Positions 20,568 through 30,355 of a DNA stretch of 64,000 nucleotides are shown one piece after another; the stretch's first letter is position 1; each line of letters opens with the position of its first letter. A model generated the notes under the pieces. The model had not been told where the DNA came from and made no database searches. It saw only the letters and a list, made by a program, of their open reading frames with translations. The DNA is taken from positions 6,880,001 to 6,944,000 of the forward strand of contig OZ242214.1 of the NCBI GenBank assembly GCA_965206595.1, written 5' to 3'. This stretch comes from Candidatus Latescibacterota bacterium (lineage in GTDB: Bacteria; Latescibacterota; UBA2968; UBA8231). A program made the translations under genes and the position numbers.

Positions 20568-21346
20568 TGATCGACCTCGACGCGCTCCGAAAACTGTTAT
20601 GCGAGCGTCTTTGCGAAGACGTAGGAGTAGACCAACGCCCTGATGGCGCACTGATGCTGCGCACGCGCTTCGAGTTTCCCGATGGAGACCGCTACCCGAT
20701 TCACCTTGCCGAAGTGGGATCGGGCGGGTTCCGGCTGTCGGACCGCGGACACACACTCATGCACCTCAGCTACGAGCACGACGTGGACGCATTCCTGGAC
20801 GGGACGCGGGGGATGCTCCTTGAACGCATCATGGGTGAGACCGGGCTTCAATGGGACGGGGGCGCCTTCTGCCTCGAATCGTCCCCCGAACGGCTGCCGG
20901 AAGCCATCTTCTCCTTTGGGCAGGCGCTGACCAGGGTCTACGACCTGACGTTGCTGTCCCGCTCGAACGTCGGTTCCACGTTCTACGACGATTTGACCGA
21001 TCTCCTTTTCAGCCTGGTGGACGAAGCCAAAATCGAACAGGACTACCAACCGCAAGTGCCTAACGCCGAAGTCTACCCCGTGGATTACCGCATCGAAGGC
21101 AAGGGGGAGGTTCCTTTGTTCCTTTACGGGGTACCGAACCGTGACAAGGCACGCCTGACCACGATCATGCTGTCGCACTTCCACCGGCACGACCTCCGTT
21201 TCGAATCCATTCTCGTGTTCGAGGGTCAGGCAGAAATTCCGAGGCAGGATCTGGCGAGACTATCCGACGTCGGCGGGGACATGATATCATCTCTGGCCTC
21301 GCGAGAAGATTTCAACCGAAAGGTCTTACAGCGTGTCGCGGCGTGA
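20567..21346 (+). CDS. DUF1828 domain protein
   Basis: 'TRFEFPDGD..PIHL', 'FRLSDRGHTL', C-terminal 'YPVDYRI' nuclease-like segment. Confidence 0.75.
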   Translation: MIDLDALRKLLCERLCEDVGVDQRPDGALMLRTRFEFPDGDRYPIHLAEVGSGGFRLSDRGHTLMHLSYEHDVDAFLDGTRGMLLERIMGETGLQWDGGAFCLESSPERLPEAIFSFGQALTRVYDLTLLSRSNVGSTFYDDLTDLLFSLVDEAKIEQDYQPQVPNAEVYPVDYRIEGKGEVPLFLYGVPNRDKARLTTIMLSHFHRHDLRFESILVFEGQAEIPRQDLARLSDVGGDMISSLASREDFNRKVLQRVAA

Positions 21347-21426
21347 ACTGCTGAAGCACTGCGGGCCACGGGGGTGGCGGTTTGATCGAGGTGATCGGCG
21401 ACCGCTAATTCCCCGATGAGGTAAGG

Positions 21427-21645
21427 ATGAAATTGAAAGTTGTGATCCATCAAGCGGAAGAGGGCGGATACTGGGCGGAAGTACCCTCTATCCCCGGATG
21501 TGCGACTCAAGGGGAGTCCTTTGAAGAGTTGCTGACCAACCTCTACGAGGCCGTGGAAGGTTGCCTGTCCGCCGAGGTTGGGGACGGCTCTAACACGGAA
21601 AAAGCCAAGGTCATCGAAATTGCGATGAATGAAGATCAAAAATGA
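21427..21645 (+). CDS. hicB: HicB-family antitoxin (copy 2); no hicA
   Basis: Near-identical to 19935..20096 over the first 48 codons. Confidence 0.88.
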   Translation: MKLKVVIHQAEEGGYWAEVPSIPGCATQGESFEELLTNLYEAVEGCLSAEVGDGSNTEKAKVIEIAMNEDQK

Positions 21646-22481
21646 GTCCAAACTTAAAACAAGCTGCCCTGATTTATGACTTCGACGGCACGCTTGCTCC
21701 CGGGAACATGCAGGAACACAGCTTCATTCCTTCTGTAGACATGACAAAGAATGACTTCTGGGACGAAGTCAAAGCATGTTCAAAGCAGGAAGACGCAGAT
21801 GAAATACTCGTTTACATGCGTCTGATGATTGAAAAAGCTAAACAGAAATGCCTTGAGATCACGAAAGAGGATCTCCGCAAACATGGTGGGGAGATTCCAC
21901 TATTCGAGGGACTCGAAGACAAGAGTTGATTCGATAGGATCAGCTGTCATGCCGCAACTAACGGTTTAGGACTTGAGCACTACATTATTTCTTCCGGACT
22001 TGAGGAAATGATCCGTGGCTGTTCCATTTTCCAGGTATTCCGTCATGTGTTTGCTTCCAAGTTCATCTATGAAGGCGACATTGCAAGATGGCCGGGAGCG
22101 GCGATCAACTACACGTCCAAAACCCAATATCTTTTCCGCATCAATAAGGGCATCGATAACCAATGGGATAACGACACTATAAACAAGTACATGGCGGAGC
22201 ACGAGCGTCCAATACCCTTCCAGCGAATGATTTTTGTAGGCGACGGCTTCACGGACATACCAGCAATGAAGATGATGACTCACCAAGGAGGGAACGCAAT
22301 AGCGGTATATGATCCCGAATGTAAGGACCAGGACCTTGGCAAGATTCATCAGCTGATCGCAGACAATCGCGTTGACTTCGTGGCACCAGCAGATTATTCC
22401 GAGAATTCGCAGATGGAAATAATCGTCAAAGGGATCCTGAGCCGGATCGGGCGTTCGATAGAGATTGGCGGGCCGCAATAG
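21642..22481 (+). pseudogene. HAD-like hydrolase interrupted by an in-frame TGA at 21927-21929
   Basis: 'IYDFDGTL' motif I; frame continues after TGA as 'FDRIS...EHYIISSG' into ORF 22008..22481 with 'FVGDGFTD' motif IV; TGA sits where Trp is expected. Confidence 0.85.
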
Positions 22482-22663
22482 CGCTCAACGCAGATATGGG
22501 GTGGGTCAGGACAAGGGACCCGAAAAATCCGAAGACCTCACATCAGGCCGTCATGGTAGGGGACGACGGAGCCCGATTGAGGCCGCAGAGATGCGCAGCA
22601 ACCTCGACCGTGAACTCCGGCTCGTCTGTTGTGACAAGGACGACCGGTACGGAAAGAAGATCA

Positions 22664-22954
22664 ATGAACAGAGATGAAGTCCTGAACGTGCTCCGAACGC
22701 ACAAAGCAGCTCTTGCGCAACGTTTTGGCGTCACTGGACTCGCCCTATTCGGTTCCTTCGCCCGCGACCGAGCTACGGACGACAGCGACGTTGACATCTT
22801 AGTTCGCTTTGACAAGCCGGCAACTTCATACGCCTACTTCGGCACCCAGTTCTACTTGGAGGACCTGCTGGGGCATCCAGTCGATCTGGTAACTGACAAA
22901 GCACTGCGGGCGGAGATACGGCCCTACGTGGAGCGGGAAATCGTCAATGTCTGA
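22664..22954 (+). CDS. mntA: MNT/MntA nucleotidyltransferase antitoxin (copy 2)
   Basis: 'LFGSFARDRATDDSDVDILV'; paralog of 19531..19821. Confidence 0.9.
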   Translation: MNRDEVLNVLRTHKAALAQRFGVTGLALFGSFARDRATDDSDVDILVRFDKPATSYAYFGTQFYLEDLLGHPVDLVTDKALRAEIRPYVEREIVNV

Positions 22955-23318
22955 CGCCAACCAAGAATCGCGTAGCTGGCAGCTCTATATTCAGGACATG
23001 ATCGAATTCAGCGGCAAGGTTCTGTCTTATACGGAGGGACTGGACCAAAAGCGGTTCATCGCGGGGACGCTCGTCTACGATGCCACTTTGCGCAATCTGG
23101 AACTGATCGGCGAGGCGGCGACCCACGTCCCGGGTGAGGTGCGTGAGGCTCATCCGGAAATTCAATGGCGCCGCATTATAGCAACGCGGAATCGCCTGGC
23201 TCACAGTTACCTGGGTATGGACGACGACGTTATCTGGGACATCATCCAGACTGATGTCCCGAACCTGCTACCGGCATTGCGCAACGTGTTGAACACGATA
23301 AACGAGGAATCCGCATAA
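22947..23318 (+). CDS. hepT: HepT/DUF86 HEPN RNase toxin
   Basis: 'RNLELIGEA', Rx4H 'RNRLAHSY'; overlaps mntA and abuts mod. Confidence 0.9.
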   Translation: MSDANQESRSWQLYIQDMIEFSGKVLSYTEGLDQKRFIAGTLVYDATLRNLELIGEAATHVPGEVREAHPEIQWRRIIATRNRLAHSYLGMDDDVIWDIIQTDVPNLLPALRNVLNTINEESA

Positions 23319-26267
23319 ATGGCGAAACGGAAATCGACCAAGACCGTTGAAAGTCTCCGGCACCAGGAGGCATCGCGGAAGAACATCCCCACGGCCGAGT
23401 ACCAGGCGGTGATGGCGGAGGACGACCGCAACCCGATCAGCGTCGCGTACGAGCGCCGCAACCCGGATCTCGACCCGCAGCTCGTCTGGCGCGGCAAGGA
23501 CGAGCAGAGCAGGTCGGACCTGGTGGTGCAGGCGCCGCCGCTGTTCATCCAGGAGAAGGTGCAACCGAAGGTGCTGATCGACGATCTGCGGCAGCGGAGC
23601 AAGGAGACGGAGGCGGAAAAGGGCAACGGCGACGGCACCCAGACCGACCTGTTCGCCGACTTCAACGGGCTGCCGGCGGGGGACGCGCAGACGGAGTTCT
23701 ACCAGCACGACGCCAACTGGTCGAACCGGATGATTCTCGGGGACAGCCTGCAGGTGATGGCCTCCCTGGCGGAGCGGGAGGGGCTGCGCGGCAAGGTGCA
23801 GTGCATCTACATCGACCCGCCCTACGGCATCAAGTTCAACTCCAACTTTCAGTGGTCAACGACAAGCCGCGACGTCAAGGACGGGAACGCCGGCCACATT
23901 ACGCGCGAGCCCGAGCAGGTGAAGGCGTTCCGAGATACGTGGCGGGATGGGATTCACTCGTATCTGACGTATCTGCGGGATCGGCTGACGGTGGCGCGGG
24001 ATCTGTTGACGGAGAGCGGGTCGATTTTCGTGCAGATTGGGGACGAGAATGTGCATCGGGTGCGGGCGTTGATGGACGAGATTTTCAGTGAAGAGAATTT
24101 TCACGCGCAAATTGCAGTACGAAAGGCATCACCACTTGGCGGGGCTGGATTGGTTGGAGTGAATGATTATCTCCTTTGGTACAACAAAAACAAAGCAGTA
24201 GCAAAGTTTCGTCGAACCTTCAAGCTATTAGATGCTCAGGGAGATCGGTATTATAACATCGTCGAAACCAACGACGGCCAGCGGCGTTCCATAAGCTCAG
24301 AAGAATTCGCAAATTTAGGGTTGCTGCCCAGCACGGCGCGTCTTATTACGTCATCTGCTCTCGTTTCTTCCGGTCTTACTCCGTCGTGCGTTTTTGACGT
24401 TGATTTTCAGAGCAAGAGGTACAAGCCATCAACTGGCAGGAGTTGGCGAACCAATCCTACTGGTATGGAAAGACTAAAGTTAGCGGGTAGACTCATTTCG
24501 ACAGGTAATACTCTTCGCTATGTAGCGTACTTTGACGACTTTCCCTACGCCACAATTGACAACTCATGGGGGGACACTGGCGGCGGAGCTATCGTTGGAC
24601 AAAAAATATATATTGTCCAAACGCCGAACAAAATACTGGGAAGATGTATCCTAATGACCACCGACCCCGGCGACATCGTCCTCGACCCCACCTGCGGCTC
24701 CGGCACCACCGCGTACGTCGCCGAGCAGTGGGGCCGCCGCTGGATCACCATCGACACCTCCCGCGTCGCCCTCGCGCTTGCCCGCGCCCGCGTCATGGGT
24801 GCGCGCTATCCCTACTACCTGCTCGCCGACAGCCGCGACGGCCGGGTCAAGGAAGCCGAGATTTCCCGCAAGGCACCCTCGGAAGCGCCCACGTACAACG
24901 ACATCCGCCAAGGCTTCGTTTACGAGCGCGTCCCCCACATCACCCTCAAATCCATCGCCAACAACGCCGAGATCGATGTGATCTGGGAGAAGTTCCAGGA
25001 AACCCTGGAGCCGCTGCGGGCGGAGCTGAACGCCGCGCTCAACCGCTCCTATGAAGAATGGGAGATTCCCCGCGAACCGGGCGACCCCTGGTCCGCCAAG
25101 GCCACCGAGGCGTGGGACAAGCTCCAGGCCGCTCGCACGGACACCGAGAAATCCGCAGCGCTGCGCGTGTTGAACAAGGAGCTGGGCCGGAAGTACGCGC
25201 TGGAGGACGTGCCCTGCAGGCCCCGCGATCCGTGGGAACCCGGCGCGACTGATCTGCACCGCCGCTGGTGGGAACAGCGCATCGCCCGGCAGAAGGAGAT
25301 CGACGCCTCCATCGCCGCCAAGGCGGACTACGAATACCTCTACGACAAGCCCTATGAGGACAACAAGAAAGTCCGCGTCGCCGGCCCCTTCACCGTGGAG
25401 AGCCTGTCGCCGCACCGCCTGCTCGGTGTCAATGAGAACGACGAGCTCATCGACAACATCGCCGAAGCCAGCCTCGGGTACGGCGAAAAGCAGGACTTCG
25501 CCGGGATGATCCTCGACAACCTGAAAACCTCCGGCGTCCAGCAGGCGCACAAGGAGGACCGCATCGCCTTCTCAGGGATCAGACCCTGGCCAGGCGACCT
25601 CGTCTGCGCCGAGGGAACCTACGTCGAGGGCAACGGCGACTCCGCCCCCCAGAGACGCGCCGGCATCTTCATCGGCCCGGAGTTCGGCACCGTCTCGCGC
25701 CCCGACCTCGTGTCGGCGGTGCGCGAGGCGGCCGACGCCGACTTCGACGTGCTGGTCGCCTGCGCCTTCAACTACGACGCCCACGCCTCGGAGTTCAGCA
25801 AGCTCGGCCGCGTCCCGGTCCTCAAGGCGCGCATGAACGCCGACCTCCACATGGCCGACGACCTCAAGAACACCGGCAAGGGCAACCTCTTCGTCATCTT
25901 CGGCGAGCCGGACATCGACCTCCTCGACGCCGGGAACGGACAGATCCAGGTCAAGGTCAACGGCGTCGACGTGTTCCATCCCAACACCGGCGAAATCCGC
26001 AGCGACAACGCCGACGGCATCGCCTGCTGGTTCGTCGACAGCGACTACAACGAGGAAAGCTTCTTCGTCCGCCACGCCTACTTCCTCGGCGCCAACGATC
26101 CCTACAAGGCGCTGCGGACGACGCTGAAGGCCGAGATCAACCAGGAAGCCTGGGAGACCCTGCACAGCGACACCTCCCGTCCTTTCGCCAGGCCGGCGTC
26201 GGGCCGGATTGCGGTGAAGGTGATCAACCACCTCGGGGACGAGGTGATGAAGGTGTTCCGGGTGTGA
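23319..26267 (+). CDS. mod: Type III-like Mod subunit, N6-adenine/N4-cytosine DNA methyltransferase (beta class)
   Basis: Motif IV 'IDPPYG', then TRD, then motif I 'VLDPTCGSGTT'; C-terminal 'IAVKVINHLGDEVMKVF'. Confidence 0.93.
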   Translation: MAKRKSTKTVESLRHQEASRKNIPTAEYQAVMAEDDRNPISVAYERRNPDLDPQLVWRGKDEQSRSDLVVQAPPLFIQEKVQPKVLIDDLRQRSKETEAEKGNGDGTQTDLFADFNGLPAGDAQTEFYQHDANWSNRMILGDSLQVMASLAEREGLRGKVQCIYIDPPYGIKFNSNFQWSTTSRDVKDGNAGHITREPEQVKAFRDTWRDGIHSYLTYLRDRLTVARDLLTESGSIFVQIGDENVHRVRALMDEIFSEENFHAQIAVRKASPLGGAGLVGVNDYLLWYNKNKAVAKFRRTFKLLDAQGDRYYNIVETNDGQRRSISSEEFANLGLLPSTARLITSSALVSSGLTPSCVFDVDFQSKRYKPSTGRSWRTNPTGMERLKLAGRLISTGNTLRYVAYFDDFPYATIDNSWGDTGGGAIVGQKIYIVQTPNKILGRCILMTTDPGDIVLDPTCGSGTTAYVAEQWGRRWITIDTSRVALALARARVMGARYPYYLLADSRDGRVKEAEISRKAPSEAPTYNDIRQGFVYERVPHITLKSIANNAEIDVIWEKFQETLEPLRAELNAALNRSYEEWEIPREPGDPWSAKATEAWDKLQAARTDTEKSAALRVLNKELGRKYALEDVPCRPRDPWEPGATDLHRRWWEQRIARQKEIDASIAAKADYEYLYDKPYEDNKKVRVAGPFTVESLSPHRLLGVNENDELIDNIAEASLGYGEKQDFAGMILDNLKTSGVQQAHKEDRIAFSGIRPWPGDLVCAEGTYVEGNGDSAPQRRAGIFIGPEFGTVSRPDLVSAVREAADADFDVLVACAFNYDAHASEFSKLGRVPVLKARMNADLHMADDLKNTGKGNLFVIFGEPDIDLLDAGNGQIQVKVNGVDVFHPNTGEIRSDNADGIACWFVDSDYNEESFFVRHAYFLGANDPYKALRTTLKAEINQEAWETLHSDTSRPFARPASGRIAVKVINHLGDEVMKVFRV
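24085..24655 (+). other. Low-GC target recognition domain (TRD) segment within mod
   Basis: Abrupt switch to AT-rich codons between the conserved methyltransferase blocks. Confidence 0.8.
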
Positions 26268-26332
26268 GGGCTTAAGTTTTCAAATTGTTCGAATAACCTG
26301 ATGGCAAGTGATACTTGTTCGGAGATTACGCA

Positions 26333-29110
26333 ATGACATTCAACCGAAGTGCGGCTGAACGCTGGCACTTGGAGGTGCCGGGGGCGCGGTGGTTCAAGGC
26401 CGATTTGCATATCCACACGATTGACGACTTACCGGGCGACAGGGCAAAGGTCCCGGACGGCGTCGACGGTCGCCGACCAGTCTCGGACGAGGCGCTCATT
26501 TCTTATGCTCGGAAATTCCTGCAAAGTGCGGCCGCTATGGGCGTCCACGTGATCGGTGTCACACCTCATTCCCCGCGCCTCGAAACTGACGACGAGACGA
26601 GCGCGGTCTGGCGGATAGTGGAAGAGTGGAACACCGGCGTTGACGATGACGGCAAGCTGTTTCGGGACAAGATATATGCGGTGTTTCCCGGCTTTGAGCC
26701 TGCGCTCAAACAGGGCAAACGAGGGCTGCATTTGCTGTTCCTTTTTGATCCTGAGATCGGGCGCGACAGCTATTTGAAGGCGTTCAATCTCGCCATGGGT
26801 GGCGTGTCTCCATGGCGCAACAAGGAGCTTCAAATTTCCAGCAAAAGCGCCGACGAGGTTTTTCGCGAACTCCGTGAGTTCCATGGGCAAGAGTGTCCCT
26901 TAGACCGGGATGGGAAGCCTCAATGGAGCTACATTGCGCTCGCACCCCATATAGATACCGATAAAGGCCTCCTCGGAGAACTCAATGCGCAGGTACTGAA
27001 AAACTTCCCGCACAGCGAAGTGACGGGCCTTGAGCTAGGCGACGAGAAACTTCCCGAGGACACCATAAAAAACCGGGATTGGCTGGCAGATGGGATGGCC
27101 GCAAACAATCTGGCGTTCTTCCACGGCAGCGACGCCTACTCAGTTGAGGAGATCGGAAGGCGTCACACATGGCTCAAACTGGCTAGTCCTAGAATCGAAG
27201 CGTTACGTCAAGCGTTCATCGCCAGCGATTCACGGATACGCATCGGATACGAACGGGACGCAGACGGTACTCTCACTGAGATTGGGCATCCGCCCGACGT
27301 AACGGTGAATGAGCGCCCCTGGCTCAAATCCGTCACTGTTGCTGGAGGGGCTTCTTTCTTTAACACGACGAACAAAGATGTAGATGGGACACGCTTCGAC
27401 TTGAATCCAGACCTTACCTGCATCATAGGCGGAAGCATGACGGGCAAGAGCACACTACTGGACGGTCTGCGTTTGTACATCGATGCTCCATTGCCACAGG
27501 ACGACGGAATCAAGAAGCAGGTCGAAGCTCGTGGCCGACAACGTTTTCTCGGGGGTTCAGCCGCAGTCAATCTCGACTGCCCGGGACAAGATCCAACTGC
27601 ATCGCACCACCAGCAGTGGCCCGCGGTCTTCTACGCGCAGAACGAGTTGCAGCGGCTTGCCCAGGAACCAGAAGCAGTTGAAGAGCTTCTCGCCCGACTC
27701 GTGCCGTCGGAGATGCACGGCATTCAGGCGCGTCAACCACAGTTGAGCGCGGCCGACAGGGAACTCGACCGTGCGACGAAGCGCCTCGCGAAACTGGATG
27801 AAGACCTCACGGATGCCGAGCAGGCTTTCGAACGGACGGAAAAAGCCGCTAAGGAACTTGCAGCATTCTCGCAGGCCGGTGTAGAGAAGCTGCACCAAGC
27901 CTCACGCGACCTTCGCCGGTGGCAGGAATCCGCTGAAGTTTCCTGTGCACCGGAAGCCGATCTGGATCGCCTGCTGAATGGGGTGGACGCCTTCGAGTTA
28001 CCGGAAATCGACGACCGTCTAGCCGAGTTATTGAAAGATGCCGACGCTGACGCGGCGCGCTACGAGGACTTGCAGGCTCGTTGGAACCGCATCCTCGAGC
28101 ACGTTCGATCGGCGAATCGGGAGCTGGCATCGTGGAAAGTAGAAACACAGTCGATCGTCGATGCGTTGGAAGTACAAGAGCAACGGGTTCGCACGGAAGT
28201 CGATCGCGCGCTCGCCGCTCACGGACTCGACGGGGCGCGGATCGAGGAATTCAAGGCACTGAACCGGCAGGCATCGCTCTTGGAGAGCTATAAGGCGAAT
28301 CTCGATCAGGTGCGCAACAAGCTTATTACCGGAGAGCGCTCTTTCGAGGGACACCTCACGGAACGGCAAAGCCTCGTGGAAGAGCAACGGGCCGCCTTCG
28401 ACCGTGTGATCAAGACCATCCTCGCCGAATTCGAGGGCCGGATTTCGCCCCGTCGAGTCGACGACGGAAGTCGCGGGCCTCTCGACCGCTTTCTTAAACA
28501 TCTCGGCCAGAGAGGGATCACCCGATGGTGGAACGAACTGGACGACCAACACAGACCCTCACCGAGGGAATTGCTCGATCACTTGCACGAGGACACGTTG
28601 AAAGAGGTCGGTATGAGTGATGCCGTGCAAACGACGTTTCGGGAACAATTAACTCGAACCAGACAACGGGACCTGGCCGCAATTCGCTGCTCCGACCGCT
28701 ATCTCCTGGAGCTCAGGATGGACGACGGAAGCCACCGGCAGTTGGACGACCTTTCCGGCGGACAACGGGTGAGTCTTCTTCTTTCGCTGCTGCTAGAGAC
28801 AAGCGACGAACGTCCCTTAGTCATCGACCAACCGGAGGACGAGTTGGACAACCGGTTTCTCTTCGACACGGTCCTCCCCGCGCTCAAGCGGCTCAAGGGA
28901 CGCCGGCAGATCATCGTTGCGACGCACAACGCGAACATCGTCGTCAACGGCGACGCGGATCAGGTGATTCAGCTCGAGGCGACGGCGAACCGGGGCCGTG
29001 TGGCGTGTGCGGGGGCCATCGAGGAGCCAGCCGTCCGAGACGCCATCGTTGGGACCGTTGACGGCGGTGACGAAGCGTTTCGCCTCCGCCGGCTGAAGTA
29101 CGGGTTCTGA
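26333..29110 (+). CDS. PHP phosphoesterase + SMC/ABC-type ATPase (TrlF family; Ppl-like defence protein)
   Basis: 'KADLHIHT', 'HGSDAY', Walker A 'GGSMTGKST', coiled coil, 'LSGGQ', 'VIDQPEDELDN', 'ATHN'. Confidence 0.85.
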   Translation: MTFNRSAAERWHLEVPGARWFKADLHIHTIDDLPGDRAKVPDGVDGRRPVSDEALISYARKFLQSAAAMGVHVIGVTPHSPRLETDDETSAVWRIVEEWNTGVDDDGKLFRDKIYAVFPGFEPALKQGKRGLHLLFLFDPEIGRDSYLKAFNLAMGGVSPWRNKELQISSKSADEVFRELREFHGQECPLDRDGKPQWSYIALAPHIDTDKGLLGELNAQVLKNFPHSEVTGLELGDEKLPEDTIKNRDWLADGMAANNLAFFHGSDAYSVEEIGRRHTWLKLASPRIEALRQAFIASDSRIRIGYERDADGTLTEIGHPPDVTVNERPWLKSVTVAGGASFFNTTNKDVDGTRFDLNPDLTCIIGGSMTGKSTLLDGLRLYIDAPLPQDDGIKKQVEARGRQRFLGGSAAVNLDCPGQDPTASHHQQWPAVFYAQNELQRLAQEPEAVEELLARLVPSEMHGIQARQPQLSAADRELDRATKRLAKLDEDLTDAEQAFERTEKAAKELAAFSQAGVEKLHQASRDLRRWQESAEVSCAPEADLDRLLNGVDAFELPEIDDRLAELLKDADADAARYEDLQARWNRILEHVRSANRELASWKVETQSIVDALEVQEQRVRTEVDRALAAHGLDGARIEEFKALNRQASLLESYKANLDQVRNKLITGERSFEGHLTERQSLVEEQRAAFDRVIKTILAEFEGRISPRRVDDGSRGPLDRFLKHLGQRGITRWWNELDDQHRPSPRELLDHLHEDTLKEVGMSDAVQTTFREQLTRTRQRDLAAIRCSDRYLLELRMDDGSHRQLDDLSGGQRVSLLLSLLLETSDERPLVIDQPEDELDNRFLFDTVLPALKRLKGRRQIIVATHNANIVVNGDADQVIQLEATANRGRVACAGAIEEPAVRDAIVGTVDGGDEAFRLRRLKYGF

Positions 29111-29121
29111 GGGCTTTCGAG

Positions 29122-30315
29122 ATGGAGTGGTTGGATATTCTCAAGCATGTCGAGGCGGGCGAAAGCAGGAAAACCGAGTTCAAACGGGGGCTTGGCGACT
29201 TGTCGGCAATCGGCAGGGCCATTTGTGCCTTCGCAAACACCGGGGGCGGCGTCATCATCCTGGGCGTGGACAACTCCCAGGAAATCGTAGGCGTCAGAGA
29301 AGAGTCCGAAAAGGTACAGGAGCGTCTGACGGCGTTCCTTCAGACCGGTTGCAGCGCGCCCGTTTCCGCGCAAAGCGGACGTCATGAAGACCCCAACGGC
29401 TGGGTACACTGGGTTGAAGTTCCCCGCCAGCGAGGATTCGAACCGCTTCGCTACGATGGCCGGGTGTGGGTTCGCCGGGAACGCAGCAGCGTTGAACCAT
29501 CGCCCAGCGAACTGCTGGAACTCTACAACGCCTTCGGTTACATCATGACGGAAGAACGCCCGATCCAGGCTGCCACGCCGGGACACATCGATCTCCAAAG
29601 CTTTCGCGAGTATCTCCGAGAGCTCGGACTCGATACCGAGGATCAACCGCAGCCCGATGCCGAGGACGATCTCCGCAACCGCGGGGTGATAGCCGAGCTC
29701 GGGGGAGCACTGCACCCGACGGTTTATGGTGTGCTGGCGTTCGGAAAAGAGCCGCAGCGCTATCCGCAGACGCGCAGTTTCCGGATAGAATGCGTCGCAT
29801 ATGAAGGTGACGACCGGGCTTCGAATACACTGCAACTGGCTGATGTCACAGGTCGTTTGGACGAGCAGGTACGACGAGCGGTCGGGTGGTTCCAAGGCCT
29901 CGGGAGATTCGAGTCGTATCGAGGTCTGATCAGGGAAGACCGTTGGCTCCTGCCGGAAGCAGCGCTCAGGGAAGCCTTGGTAAACGCGGTCGTGCACAGG
30001 GACTATGCCATCATCGGCTCGAATGTGTTGCTTGAGGTCTACGACCGTCACGTCGACGTCACAAGCCCGGGAACACTGCCCAACCACATGACAGTCGAGA
30101 GCGTTCGCGCCGGCGCTCATCCGCGATCCCGGAACGAGTCAATGGCGAACTACATGCTTGAAAAAGGATTCATGGAAAAGCGGGGCAGAGGCTGGCCCCT
30201 GATGCGCAAGGCAATGCTGGAGTTCAATGAGACCGAGCCCGAAATATTGCAGGACGACGGAGGCGGGTTCGTCAGAGTGAGGTTCCATCTCGACTCGCCC
30301 GAAGAACAAACATGA
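29122..30315 (+). CDS. Schlafen/AlbA_2 DNA-binding domain + HATPase_c_4 protein
   Basis: 'GESRKTEFK', 'ICAFANTGGG.IILGV', 'LREALVNAVVHRDY', 'SPG', 'RN...GFMEKRGRG'. Confidence 0.9.
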   Translation: MEWLDILKHVEAGESRKTEFKRGLGDLSAIGRAICAFANTGGGVIILGVDNSQEIVGVREESEKVQERLTAFLQTGCSAPVSAQSGRHEDPNGWVHWVEVPRQRGFEPLRYDGRVWVRRERSSVEPSPSELLELYNAFGYIMTEERPIQAATPGHIDLQSFREYLRELGLDTEDQPQPDAEDDLRNRGVIAELGGALHPTVYGVLAFGKEPQRYPQTRSFRIECVAYEGDDRASNTLQLADVTGRLDEQVRRAVGWFQGLGRFESYRGLIREDRWLLPEAALREALVNAVVHRDYAIIGSNVLLEVYDRHVDVTSPGTLPNHMTVESVRAGAHPRSRNESMANYMLEKGFMEKRGRGWPLMRKAMLEFNETEPEILQDDGGGFVRVRFHLDSPEEQT

Positions 30316-30355
30316 ACTCCAACACCGCTAACAGCACGTTCCGCCAGTTGATGGG

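Noticed and set aside
21375-21400. Possible remnant of the res 3' end before hicB copy 2 (CGAGGTGATCG vs CGAGATGATCG)
   Set aside because: An 11-bp match is too short to distinguish from chance.
21927-21929. TGA as selenocysteine or Trp recoding
   Set aside because: Position corresponds to Trp, not Cys, and many neighbouring genes use TGA as a normal stop.
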